Of a stretch of DNA of 64,000 nt, positions 7,956-17,568 are shown piece after piece. Both the position numbers and the translations under genes were made by a program. The notes under the pieces were generated by a model. It was not told the DNA's origin, searched no databases, and was given only the letters and a program-made list of their open reading frames with translations. The stretch comes from an uncultured Acidimicrobiales bacterium. Lineage in GTDB: Bacteria; Actinomycetota; Acidimicrobiia; Acidimicrobiales; SZUA-35. Position 1 is the first letter of the stretch. Each line of letters starts with the position of its first letter. Where the stretch lies: positions 36,652 through 100,651 of the forward strand of contig CALHCB010000029.1 of assembly GCA_937930695.1 (NCBI GenBank), read 5' to 3'.

Positions 7956-10904
7956 TTAGCTCAGTTCCCTTACAAAGAAGTCGTCGAAATGAACGTGGGC
8001 CTTCGACTCATCGAAGGTTTCCACGTAGAAGCCGGAATCGCCACCACTTCCCGACTCAGCAGGAAGCCGGGTGAGCAGACGGCCGTTCACGACGAAGTCG
8101 AAGTTCGAGCCGTCCATGTCGACACGGAGTGTGTCTCTGGCGCCGAATCCCTTGATTGTCGGATCTCGTCCCTCGGTGATCGTGGAGACCGTGAGGACAC
8201 CGGAGCCGTCATCCTTTGCCTCCAGAACCGCCCATGTTCCCGTACGGGGAGACACGGTGAAGGCAAGGAAGCCCTCTTCGTTCGCTCGGACGGCGAGGCC
8301 GTACCGGAACAAGCCCTCATCGGTCCCGGTGTTGTCGACGAGCACGTTGGTCTCCACAGAGACGTCTTTGAAGTCGACGCCGCGGGTGGACAGCACCCAC
8401 TGGGCAGGTTGCGATGACTCGAGATGGAAGAAGTCCGGCGCGTGGTAGCCGCTGACCTGGGTGTCAATTTCGAGTTCCTGCCAGCCAGATGTCGGATCCG
8501 TGAAGTCATCTTCGAAGATAACTGCGCCGAGAGCGGCGGTCGTTCCGGTGCCGGTTTGGGTCTCGAGGACAGCAACGGCGCTGGAATCGAATTGCCCGCC
8601 AGGAACCGATGGGTCAACTTCAGCTGCAGCGCAGCGGAACCCAGCCGACGCAACGAGCGTTGGTGTGTCTGGATCGGCGACGAGCCGGAATGCCCCGTCC
8701 CGCACAAGTCCGTTGGCGCCACCTCGGAGAATGCGGCGACCCTCTTCGATTTCGGCATAGGGGTCACTCACCCACTCCCAAACGTTCCCCGAGAGGTCGA
8801 ATACGCCGCTTGCACTGACGTTGTCGGCGATCGAGCCGACCGGGTAGGTGCCGCTTGATGGAAGGGCGACGGCTGATGCATCGTCACCCCACGGAAACAG
8901 AGATCCGCCGAGTCCGCGAGCGGATGCTTCCCATTCTTGTTCGGTGGGAAGGCGCTTGTTCAGCGAAGCGCAATAGGTTTCGGCTGCCGCAACGTTGATG
9001 CCGTCGACGGGATTCTGCTCTTCGCCGGTCGGGACCTGACCTTGGGCCCAGTCTGCTGGTGCGGAGCTGCCAGTGGCAGCAACGAAGGCGCCGAACTGCT
9101 CGTTCGTGATCTCGTATTGATCGATGAAGAACGTGTTGACCTGGGCGACCGTGGCCGGGGCATAGTCGCCCTGTTGATTGAGGCCAAGCGGATAGGAGCC
9201 GGATTCGATTTCCACCATGCCTTCGGCACTGGCGAGGGCAAGTGTCGGTGCTTCGGTCGCCGATTCGGAACTGCCACCAGAAATCAGAAGACCGTCGCCA
9301 GAATCGGTGGCATTGCCATCATCGGAGCCAGCGACGATCTCTGCTGTTTCGCCGTCGTCTCCGCCGCGGGTGAAGGCGAAAACGCCTCCTCCGACGAGCA
9401 GAAGGCCGAGTCCGGCTGCAGCAAGAATGGGTACAAGGTTTCTCTTGGACTCAGCAGCGGGCTGGGTTGGGACGGCGTGCGCTGGTGCCGCAGGTTGGTG
9501 CGTGGCGACCGGCTGAGCGGGCGCTGGCTGGACCGGTGCTGGCTGGGCCGGTGCTGTCTGGGCCGGTGCTGGCTGGGCAGGGGGCGGCTCGGTCAGGCGA
9601 GGAGGTGGCGCCGCTGGTTGTGCCGGGGCCTGGGGAGCTGGTTGTGGCGGCGTCTGGGCCGCATGCTCAGCGGGCGGTTGTGCTGCAGGCGGGGCGAAGT
9701 TGATGGTTTGGGATGGAGGCGCTGCTGGCGCAGCAGTCGGCTGTGCCGGAGAAGTCGCGGCCGGCGGTTGGGTCGCAGGTGGCGGCGAAGCCGCCTCGTC
9801 AGGCGGAGCGACTGCGAGCCGGCCCGCAAGTGACTGGGCTGCGAGGGCGGCGCCTCGAGCAATGGGAAATTTCGGATCGGCGTCGAGCGCAACGGGGCGT
9901 CCGATTGTGGCGGCGACCTGTTGCTGGACCAAAGGAATGCGGGAGGAGCCTCCAACGAGCAGAACCGCAGCGACCTCGTGCATGCCGACGCCAGATCCAC
10001 TGATCGCTCGCTCGAGGGCGTGCAGCGATTCGTCGACTCGGTGACGGATCGACTCCTCAAACCGAGTTCTGGTGATTTCGACCTCGGTGTTGACCTGAGG
10101 AAGGAGCACCGGGATGGTGGCGACGTCGTCGTTGCTCAGCAATTCCTTGGCGCTGATGCAGTTCTTCCGTAGATTGGCCAGGGCCGGAAGCATGACCTCA
10201 TCGTTGATCGAGTCGGCGGGCCATTGGTCGCCCAACTCGGTGACGACATGGTTGATCACGGCCTGGTCGAAATCGATCCCACCGAGGTGCTCGACCCCGA
10301 CGCTGGCCCCGAGCAGCTCGAAGAGTCCACCCTGCTTGCGTAGGACTGCGGCATCGAAGGTCCCACCGCCAAGGTCATACACCGCGACAACAGAGCCATC
10401 GTCGATTCGTTCTCGACTGGCATAGGAGATGGCAGCGGCGTGCGGCTCAGAAAGAACGGCCGCGCCGTCCAGGTCTGCAAGTTGGAGAGCCTGTTCGAAC
10501 AATTCGAGCTTGTACGGGCCCCAGTTGGCGGGATGTGTGGCGGCAACGTATGTAGGCCCATTGCCCATTCGCCGAGTCGCTTCAGACACCACATGGCGGA
10601 GCATCTTGGCCATGAGGGCCTGGGCTGAATAGGGAGCGCCACCGATCATGATCGGCTGGGGGTCCCCGAGTCGACGTTTGAATTCGCGGGTGACGTGTGT
10701 CGGATCGGTCAATCCCCGTCGGTTGGCGGCATCGCCAACGATCTCGGTGCCGCTTCCAGGGAGGTAGACGGTGGTCGGAATGGAGTCGCCAATCGACCCC
10801 AGACTCAGCACTTCAGTTGAAGTCACTCCCGTTGGTCCGAGCTCGGCAATAACCGCGGCCGTATAACTCGTCCCTACGTCAATCCCGAGCGCGTACGTCG
10901 CCAC
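7956..10904 (-). CDS. Hsp70-NBD-like ATPase / Pro-Ala-Gln linker / TM / FGE-sulfatase-like domain / unclassified C-terminal domain fusion protein (paralogue B)
   Basis: The architecture is co-linear with paralogue A: GIDVGTS, YDLGGGTFD, LLVGGSSRIP. The TM is LVPILAAAGLGLLLVGGGVFAF (nt 9372-9437). The FGE-like domain (nt 8628-9224) has RLPTEQEWE, GNVWEWV, LRGG, GFRCA. The C-terminal domain is nt 7959-8522. The track ORF starts at GTG 10997, but GTG 10904 (VATYALGIDVG) aligns with the start of paralogue A. Confidence 0.85.
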   Translation of the reverse strand: MATYALGIDVGTSYTAAVIAELGPTGVTSTEVLSLGSIGDSIPTTVYLPGSGTEIVGDAANRRGLTDPTHVTREFKRRLGDPQPIMIGGAPYSAQALMAKMLRHVVSEATRRMGNGPTYVAATHPANWGPYKLELFEQALQLADLDGAAVLSEPHAAAISYASRERIDDGSVVAVYDLGGGTFDAAVLRKQGGLFELLGASVGVEHLGGIDFDQAVINHVVTELGDQWPADSINDEVMLPALANLRKNCISAKELLSNDDVATIPVLLPQVNTEVEITRTRFEESIRHRVDESLHALERAISGSGVGMHEVAAVLLVGGSSRIPLVQQQVAATIGRPVALDADPKFPIARGAALAAQSLAGRLAVAPPDEAASPPPATQPPAATSPAQPTAAPAAPPSQTINFAPPAAQPPAEHAAQTPPQPAPQAPAQPAAPPPRLTEPPPAQPAPAQTAPAQPAPVQPAPAQPVATHQPAAPAHAVPTQPAAESKRNLVPILAAAGLGLLLVGGGVFAFTRGGDDGETAEIVAGSDDGNATDSGDGLLISGGSSESATEAPTLALASAEGMVEIESGSYPLGLNQQGDYAPATVAQVNTFFIDQYEITNEQFGAFVAATGSSAPADWAQGQVPTGEEQNPVDGINVAAAETYCASLNKRLPTEQEWEASARGLGGSLFPWGDDASAVALPSSGTYPVGSIADNVSASGVFDLSGNVWEWVSDPYAEIEEGRRILRGGANGLVRDGAFRLVADPDTPTLVASAGFRCAAAEVDPSVPGGQFDSSAVAVLETQTGTGTTAALGAVIFEDDFTDPTSGWQELEIDTQVSGYHAPDFFHLESSQPAQWVLSTRGVDFKDVSVETNVLVDNTGTDEGLFRYGLAVRANEEGFLAFTVSPRTGTWAVLEAKDDGSGVLTVSTITEGRDPTIKGFGARDTLRVDMDGSNFDFVVNGRLLTRLPAESGSGGDSGFYVETFDESKAHVHFDDFFVRELS
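9511..9585. repeat. tandem 15-bp repeats (about 5 units, core GGCTGGGCCGGTGCT) inside the linker of paralogue B
   Basis: Units are ggctggaccggtgct (9526-9540), ggctgggccggtgct (9541-9555) and gtctgggccggtgct (9556-9570), with degenerate flanking units. They encode PAQPAPAQTAPAQPAPVQPAPAQP on the minus strand. Confidence 0.8.
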
Positions 10905-10989
10905 AGCGGATGGGCCCTCCCGTCCAGTCGAATTCCGGATCGTATGAGGTTGTAGCACTCGTGCGTGAATCGCGCACCGCGGTGACCAT

Positions 10990-11032
10990 CTCTTCACATT
11001 GTTGGCAAGGCGGACTCTTCACATTGTTGGCA
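10990..11032. repeat. two perfect 18-bp direct repeats CTCTTCACATTGTTGGCA (25-bp period) in the divergent intergenic region; candidate operator
   Basis: Copies at 10990-11007 and 11015-11032 were read directly. They are AT-richer than the flanks and lie between gene B (start about 10904) and the guaB3-like gene (start 11160). Confidence 0.8.
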
Positions 11033-11159
11033 GGCAGACAGGCGGTTGTCCGACGGGTGGCAGGGGGCAGAAGAAGCCTTTTCGATCTCAGGTCAATTGT
11101 CTGACCCCGGCGGGATTAGCCTGTCAAGCTTCCACAGCGACCGAGGAGACCTCGAGCAC

Positions 11160-12272
11160 ATGGCTGAGATCGACATTGGGTTGGGCAAGTCCGCCCGCCA
11201 AGGCATCACTCTTGACCAGGTGGCGCTCGTACCGAGTCGCCGCACTCGAGATCTCGACAAGGTGGACCTTTCATGGCAGATCGATGCGTACCGCGTCGAC
11301 CTTCCGTTTCTAACCTCTCCGATGGACTCTGTGACCACGCCGGAACGAGCTGGCGAGGTTGATGCCCTCGGCGGATTGGGCGTCCTGGACCTCGAAGGAG
11401 TCTGGGCCCGACACGAGGACCCCAGCGCGGCGCTTGCTGAAGTTGCCGAGATGGATGACGTCGAGATGGCACGAGCCCGGCTGCGTGCCCTGTATGACGC
11501 GCCGGTCAATCACGATCTGGTCACCGAGCGCATCAAGGCAATGCATGCGGCGGGGGCCTACGCCGCTGGTTCGGTCTCTCCAAAGCGGGTCGCGTCGATG
11601 GCCGACACTCTGCTGCGGGCCGAACTCGACCTTCTTGTCATCTCGGGCACGGTGATCTCCGCCGAACATGTCTCCGATGCGGATGACACGCTGAACCTCA
11701 AACAATTCGTTCGTGAACTCGAGACGCCCGTCATCGTTGGTGGTTGTGCGAGCTATCGAGCGGCCCTGCATCTCATGCGAACGGGTGCTGCCGGAGTCCT
11801 CGTTGGCATCGATGGTGGGCGATCGGCCACGACAGGAAGCGTGACGGGAATCGGTTCCCCTCTTGCGACGAGCATCGCTGACGTTCGTGCTGCCAGGATG
11901 CGTCACCTCGACGAGACCGGCGTTTACGTCCACGTCATTGCTGACGGTGGACTTCGGTCGGGCGGGGACATCGCAAAGGCGATCGCCTGTGGAGCTGATT
12001 CTGTGGTCTTGGGCTCGGCTCTGGCAGCGACCGACGGTGCCCCTGGGGGCGAGTGGCATTGGGGGCGAACGGCCTTTCATCCGACGCTGCCCCAAGGCGA
12101 CGTGGTTCGCCTTCCGTCGGCAGGCACCCTTGCCGAAGTCGTGAGCGGCCCGACCGAACGCACGGATGGTAAAGCCAATCTGTTTGGAGCTCTGCGCCAG
12201 TCCATGGCCGCACTCGGCTTCGAAACGGTGAAGGAACTACAAAGTGCGGAGCTGGTGATCACGGGTGGCTGA
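11160..12272 (+). CDS. guaB3: GuaB3-type IMP dehydrogenase-related protein
   Basis: [38 protein letters not shown].. closely resembles the mycobacterial GuaB3 N-terminus as I recall it. It lacks a CBS insert and its stop overlaps the guaA start. Confidence 0.8.
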   Translation: MAEIDIGLGKSARQGITLDQVALVPSRRTRDLDKVDLSWQIDAYRVDLPFLTSPMDSVTTPERAGEVDALGGLGVLDLEGVWARHEDPSAALAEVAEMDDVEMARARLRALYDAPVNHDLVTERIKAMHAAGAYAAGSVSPKRVASMADTLLRAELDLLVISGTVISAEHVSDADDTLNLKQFVRELETPVIVGGCASYRAALHLMRTGAAGVLVGIDGGRSATTGSVTGIGSPLATSIADVRAARMRHLDETGVYVHVIADGGLRSGGDIAKAIACGADSVVLGSALAATDGAPGGEWHWGRTAFHPTLPQGDVVRLPSAGTLAEVVSGPTERTDGKANLFGALRQSMAALGFETVKELQSAELVITGG

Positions 12273-13830
12273 CGGCACCGCATCTGCCCCCGAACAAGTT
12301 GTCCTCGTTGTCGATTTTGGGGCCCAATACGCCCAGCTGATCGCTCGACGGGTCCGCGAACTCAATGTCTATTCAGAAATCGTTTCGCACACGATCACTG
12401 CGCAAGAGATCGCGGAACGTAAGCCGTCTGCTCTCATTCTCTCGGGCGGACCCGCAAGTGTTCGAGTCGAGGGCGCGCCGCAACTCGATCCGGCGATCTA
12501 CGACCTGGGGATCCCGACCTTCGGCATTTGTTACGGGGCACAGCTCCTGGCCCAGCAGTTGGGCGGCGAGGTCAGTCGATACGACCAGGGCGAATACGGC
12601 CGCACGACCTTGCGACGGACCGATGGCGTGGAGTCAGTTCTGCTGCACGACGGAATCGATGCGGAACACACCGTGTGGATGAGTCACTTCGATGCCATCA
12701 CCGAACCGCCGACCGGGGCGACCGCGGTTGCTTCAACAGCAAACGCGCCGGTGGCGGCGTTCGAGGATGTTGTTCGACGAATCTACGGCGTGCAGCATCA
12801 CCCCGAGGTCGTGCATTCAGAGTTCGGTCAGGCGGTTCTCGAGCAGTTTCTGTGGCGCGAAGCTGCGATCGAACCGACCTGGACAATGGGGTCGATCATC
12901 GATTCTTCGATCGAGGCCATCCGCGCTCAGGTCGGCGATGGTCGAGCGATCTGCGGTTTGTCGGGCGGTGTTGACTCTGCTGTTGCCGCAGCGTTGGTCC
13001 ATCGGGCGATCGGCGATCGATTGACCTGTGTCTATGTCGATACCGGGTTGATGCGTCTGAATGAGTCTGACCAAGTGGTCGAGACGTTCGAGAAGCACCA
13101 AGGCATCGAGCTCATTCACGTCGACGCTGCGGCTCGGTTTTTCGAGCCATTGGCGGGCGTGACCGAACCGGAAGCCAAACGCAAGATCATTGGCGAGACG
13201 TTCATTCGGGTCTTCGAAGAGGCAAAAGCCGGTCTTGGCGACGCCGCCTTCCTCGTCCAGGGCACGCTGTATTCCGACGTGGTCGAGTCGGGTACCGGTG
13301 ACACGACAGCGACGATCAAGAGCCACCACAACGTTGGCGGTCTTCCCGACGACGTCGACTTCGAACTGGTTGAGCCGCTCCGCAACCTCTTCAAGGATGA
13401 GGTGCGTCGGGTGGGCTCAGAACTCGGACTTCCCGACGAGATCGTGTGGCGTCAACCCTTTCCCGGACCCGGTCTTGGTGTCCGGATCATCGGCTCGGTG
13501 ACGCCGGAGAAGGTCGCGATCCTTCAACACGCCGACGCCGTGGTGCGAGACGAGATCAACAAGGCAGGTCTGGAACGAGAGATCTTTCAGAGCTTCGCTG
13601 TGTTGGCCGACATTCGAACCGTTGGGGTGATGGGCGATGAGCGCACCTATGCCCATCCGATCATCATTCGTGCCGTCAATTCTGACGACGTGATGACGGC
13701 TGACTGGTCGCGGCTGCCTTACGATCTGCTCGAGACGATGTCGAACCGCATCATCAATGAGGTCGATGGGGTCAACCGCGTGGCCTATGACATCACGTCG
13801 AAGCCGCCGGGCACGATCGAGTGGGAGTAA
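12265..13830 (+). CDS. guaA: GMP synthase (glutamine-hydrolysing)
   Basis: GATase region [10 protein letters not shown] and HHPEV, ATP-PPase P-loop [10 protein letters not shown], and C-terminal KPPGTIEWE. Confidence 0.95.
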   Translation: MADGTASAPEQVVLVVDFGAQYAQLIARRVRELNVYSEIVSHTITAQEIAERKPSALILSGGPASVRVEGAPQLDPAIYDLGIPTFGICYGAQLLAQQLGGEVSRYDQGEYGRTTLRRTDGVESVLLHDGIDAEHTVWMSHFDAITEPPTGATAVASTANAPVAAFEDVVRRIYGVQHHPEVVHSEFGQAVLEQFLWREAAIEPTWTMGSIIDSSIEAIRAQVGDGRAICGLSGGVDSAVAAALVHRAIGDRLTCVYVDTGLMRLNESDQVVETFEKHQGIELIHVDAAARFFEPLAGVTEPEAKRKIIGETFIRVFEEAKAGLGDAAFLVQGTLYSDVVESGTGDTTATIKSHHNVGGLPDDVDFELVEPLRNLFKDEVRRVGSELGLPDEIVWRQPFPGPGLGVRIIGSVTPEKVAILQHADAVVRDEINKAGLEREIFQSFAVLADIRTVGVMGDERTYAHPIIIRAVNSDDVMTADWSRLPYDLLETMSNRIINEVDGVNRVAYDITSKPPGTIEWE

Positions 13831-13849
13831 CAAACGGCGAGGGCGATTC

Positions 13850-16402
13850 CTAGAAGCTCGCGTTTGTCTCGACTTGACGCCAGCTCGCAGGAAGCGTGAA
13901 CCGCGCTGCCCCCGCTTGATCGGTGAGCAGATCAACGATCTGCTCCAAGCTCTTGGCCGGGGAGTAGTGCCAACCCTGGATCACGTTGAATCCAAGGCCT
14001 TTCGCCGTTTCCAGTTGTTGCATGGTCTCGACGCCCTCGGCGACGACGCCGAGATCGAGTTCGGCTGCGAGTGCCACGATCGCTTTTGCGATCGAGTGAT
14101 CCGATGACCCGTTTGTGAGATTGGCGATAAAGCTGCGATCGACTTTGACAATGGAGAGCGGCAGGTCACGTAGATGTGCGAGCGATGAATACCCGGTGCC
14201 AAAGTCGTCGAGGGCCAGGCGAATTCCAAGCGCTGAGATCTGATCCAGAGCGGCTAACGCTGGCGGCCCGGCCTCGAATGCTGCGCTTTCAGTTATCTCC
14301 ACGCAGATCGACGTGGGATCGACCCGGTGCTTCTTCATCACTTCGCCGAGCTCTTCTGCGAACCCCGTCTGCAGGATGCTCAGGCCAGAGAAGTTGCACG
14401 CAACCGTGAGACCCGGTGCGAGCGTGTTGAACACCGCTGCGGCTTGGCACGTCAGCTCGAAGGCCTGGCGGTCAAGCTCCCACACGAGCCCTGACCCGGA
14501 CGCGGCATCCACAAAGCCTTCGGGTCCCACGAGGGTGCCGTCGGCTGCGCGGCATCGGGCAAGCGACTCGAATCCGATCAGCTTGTTGTCATCGGCTGAG
14601 ACAAGAGGCTGGAAGTGCATGACAAGGCCGTCTTCGTCGAGAGCTCGGCGCAACATACGTCGCTGGTCTTCGGCGATGCCGACTTCGCGGGCCAACTCTT
14701 CGTCGAAGATCTCGACGCGATTCCGCCCCTTGGCTTTGGCGGAGTACAGCGCGACGTCCGCGGCTCTCAAGAGCGAGTCTTCCTCCAGCTCGGTGGGGCT
14801 CTGGATCGTGAGCCCGATCGATGCAGTCAGCACGAACTCGTGGTCTACGGTGCGGACCGGCCGGGTCAGCCGACGGCGAATTGCATTGGCAACTCGTAAC
14901 GCTTCCTCGGTGCTGGTGGTTTCGAACACAACGACAAACTCGTCGCCGCCGAGACGCACGACGAGGTCTTCGGGCTTGCGGCCCTGAGAGATGAGATCGG
15001 CGACACCGCGAATAACTGCATCGCCGGCGCGATGACCATGTGTGTCGTTGATCACCTTGAAGTTGTCGAGATCGATGAGGCAGCCAGCGATCAGCGTCGC
15101 AGCATCGTCGCTTCGACGATGTTGGCGGCGGAGGCGGCCGAGATGATCGTCGAGTTGTCGGCGATTGGCCAGACCAGTCAGCTGGTCGTGCAACGCCCGA
15201 GTTCGCATCTCGCGTTCGGCGCGACGAGCGGCAGTCACATCGTGCACGCCGATGGATGTGCCGATGGTCTTGTCATCGATTCCGATGACGGGTCTGCCAG
15301 AAAGCTCGAGATTTCGGTATTCGCCGTCAGCAACGACGACGACGTCTTCCTTGGTGATGATGGAGCCGGCAAGAAGGCGACGGATGGGATGACGTTTGCC
15401 TTCCAACAAGCGTGACTCCGCATCGCGGAACGCAATGTCCTCGGGCTTGAGCCCCGCAAGCGGGACGCTGCTGGAGAGTCCGAAAATCTGTCGGGCCGCC
15501 GAGTTCACGACGATGATTGACCCCACTGCGTCGGTGGCGATGATCCCGTCGTGAAGTTGCTCGACCATGGCCTTGGACACTCGCTCGGCGCGCTCCAAGG
15601 TCGATTCGAGTTCGAGGTCGTGGTCGCCGTTTCGGAGGGAGAGGACCATGCCGCCCACCTGGGGATCATTGGTCATGTCGCGGCCGGTGACTTCCAACCG
15701 AACATATTCACCAGCACCATTGAGAACTCGGCCGACGAATCTGTAGACGAGGTCCCGATTGGAGAGACCAACCATCGCCTCCGCAGCAGCATTGACATCT
15801 CCTGGGTGGAGAAGGTCGATGGCGCTTGTCCCGATGAGCTCGACGGGGCTTCTGCCCATTTGAATGGCAACCGCTTGATTGGCGTACCGAATGATCCACT
15901 CGTGGTCCATGACGATGACGGCATCGCGAAGGCTCTCGAGAACGTGGGCTTCCAGTGTCCCGTCACTCGCGCTCTGGTGAGCGACGGATGCGCACATCCT
16001 CGCCAGGCCATGGAAGATGTCAGGTTCCGTCGTACCGATCGGTCCGAAGACAGTCAGCGCACCCGCGGGGTCGCCATGCCGGTCAGAGATGGGAAAACTG
16101 ACGCTCTGCCCGTCGGCCTGATGGCCGGCGGCGCCGTTCATGATGGCGGATTCGGTGGGCGTGTAGGAGCGTGGTTGGAGGAGGTTCGAACCGATCGATC
16201 CGACGACTGATGCCCGGGCATCATCGAACACGATGACTTCAGCTTCTGCGTTCGTCAGACGACCAGCAATCCTGACGACTTCGATGACCGAAGGGTGTCC
16301 GGACAGCAGGGACATCAGGGAGTCCGAATCGCCCCCTCTGGACTTCATGGTGTACTCATCGGCCTGAGCGCCAGAAAGGTGACTGTTCGTCCGATGATTC
16401 AT
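13850..16402 (-). CDS. sensory (GAF-like/PAS-PAS)-GGDEF-EAL c-di-GMP turnover protein
   Basis: 850 aa. GGDEF signature RLGGDEFVV. EAL signatures ESLAR, EITES, DDFGTGYSS, KVDRSF, AEGVET and QGWHYSPA are all intact. Two PAS-like segments lie upstream. Confidence 0.9.
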   Translation of the reverse strand: MNHRTNSHLSGAQADEYTMKSRGGDSDSLMSLLSGHPSVIEVVRIAGRLTNAEAEVIVFDDARASVVGSIGSNLLQPRSYTPTESAIMNGAAGHQADGQSVSFPISDRHGDPAGALTVFGPIGTTEPDIFHGLARMCASVAHQSASDGTLEAHVLESLRDAVIVMDHEWIIRYANQAVAIQMGRSPVELIGTSAIDLLHPGDVNAAAEAMVGLSNRDLVYRFVGRVLNGAGEYVRLEVTGRDMTNDPQVGGMVLSLRNGDHDLELESTLERAERVSKAMVEQLHDGIIATDAVGSIIVVNSAARQIFGLSSSVPLAGLKPEDIAFRDAESRLLEGKRHPIRRLLAGSIITKEDVVVVADGEYRNLELSGRPVIGIDDKTIGTSIGVHDVTAARRAEREMRTRALHDQLTGLANRRQLDDHLGRLRRQHRRSDDAATLIAGCLIDLDNFKVINDTHGHRAGDAVIRGVADLISQGRKPEDLVVRLGGDEFVVVFETTSTEEALRVANAIRRRLTRPVRTVDHEFVLTASIGLTIQSPTELEEDSLLRAADVALYSAKAKGRNRVEIFDEELAREVGIAEDQRRMLRRALDEDGLVMHFQPLVSADDNKLIGFESLARCRAADGTLVGPEGFVDAASGSGLVWELDRQAFELTCQAAAVFNTLAPGLTVACNFSGLSILQTGFAEELGEVMKKHRVDPTSICVEITESAAFEAGPPALAALDQISALGIRLALDDFGTGYSSLAHLRDLPLSIVKVDRSFIANLTNGSSDHSIAKAIVALAAELDLGVVAEGVETMQQLETAKGLGFNVIQGWHYSPAKSLEQIVDLLTDQAGAARFTLPASWRQVETNASF

Positions 16403-16539
16403 TGCAGGAGATCAAGGAGAACGGGGAGGCATCGCGGAAATATGCCGCCCAGCTTGAAGTCATGCGCATGAGGAAGAAGTCGGCAAGAACAGCCGTTTTC
16501 TGAACTCTCAAAACCCAAGGTAGGGGGTCCCGGTTTGCG

Positions 16540-17460
16540 CTAGCGAGCGGCCGGACCGAGATACATGAGTCCGATGACCCACAGCGCCACAATGACGAGC
16601 ACCGCACCTGCAGCGGTAAAGCGGCGGCGGCTCTGACTCGCCCACTCTTCTTCGGCCATCGCCCGAACGTCTCCGTCCAGTCGCGACATTCGCAGTTCGC
16701 GCATGAGGAACGGTGTGGTGATGACCGCAGCGAGGGCAAGAAGTCCGACGAAGAACCATAAGAGAGCCGCGAGCCATATGGCGGGCGTTTGGCTCATGGC
16801 CCAACGATTACTTGCCCGACCAATTTGCCACCTGGCCAGGGGTGCCCCGCTTGGCATGTCAGCCCGGGATCGGGCGTTCGCGATGCAGTCCTCGGCCTCG
16901 TCAAACCACCCAAGGCCGGCGAAGCTTGCGCCGAGTTGCCACCAGCCGTCTGGCGAATCTGGTGCGAGACGAATTGTGTGCCTCGCCGCGTCGTCGGCGG
17001 CTCGGTAGTTGTTGTGGGCGAGATAGTGAGAACTGAGGGCCGACCAGCCAAGAGCTTGGGCTGGGTCATCGAGGTTGGATTCGGCGATCGTGGCGTCGTT
17101 CTGCTCGTTGAGGCGTGTCTTCAGTCTGCTGGCGGCGGCCCCTCCCGTCTTTCGCCACGGCCGGTTTGCCCCGGCAATGGTGAGAATGACGTCAGCCTCG
17201 AGATCGTCCGGGCGTAGACGTCGCAGCGATTCCGCCACGCGAAACGCCTCGCTCCAACGCCGTTGCTCCAGCAGTTCGAACGCTTCGATGCGAAGTGATT
17301 CGCCAGCCTGGGGTCGTTGCGGATGCTGCTGGTCCAGAACTGGAGCAGGTGGTTGCTCCATCTTCGGCACACGAGCGGAGCGTGTTGGAGCGGCTGAGGA
17401 GGCGACCTCGCCAGCGCGTTCGGCCAAAATGACGGGAGATTCGGTCGCTGACGACTTCAC
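16540..17460 (-). CDS. hypothetical membrane protein with TPR-like helical repeats
   Basis: 306 aa with helical repeat-like segments (WSEAFRVAESLRRLRPDD.., YRAADDAARHTIRLAPD.., WWQLGASFAGLGWFDEAEDC) and two C-terminal hydrophobic helices. Confidence 0.5.
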   Translation of the reverse strand: MKSSATESPVILAERAGEVASSAAPTRSARVPKMEQPPAPVLDQQHPQRPQAGESLRIEAFELLEQRRWSEAFRVAESLRRLRPDDLEADVILTIAGANRPWRKTGGAAASRLKTRLNEQNDATIAESNLDDPAQALGWSALSSHYLAHNNYRAADDAARHTIRLAPDSPDGWWQLGASFAGLGWFDEAEDCIANARSRADMPSGAPLARWQIGRASNRWAMSQTPAIWLAALLWFFVGLLALAAVITTPFLMRELRMSRLDGDVRAMAEEEWASQSRRRFTAAGAVLVIVALWVIGLMYLGPAAR

Positions 17461-17568
17461 CCGTTCCCATCGGTCGACTCATCCAGGATGTGAACCGGCC
17501 GATAGCGAACTGGTCGTCGTTCGCCTGTGGTGGATGGACCGTCAGGGTCGGGCACTAGGGTTGAATCG

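Noticed and set aside
10905-10997. A 31-aa N-terminal extension of Hsp70-like paralogue B (track start GTG 10997)
   Set aside because: The extension (MKRWSPRCAIHARVLQPHTIRNSTGREGPSA) has no counterpart in paralogue A. It would also run into the 18-bp direct repeats. GTG 10904 gives an N-terminus co-linear with paralogue A.
10990-11032. A sigma-54 type promoter suggested by TTGGCA within the repeats
   Set aside because: No TTGC element sits at the required -12 spacing. To my knowledge Actinomycetota lack sigma-54. I also could not fit convincing -35/-10 hexamers on either strand.
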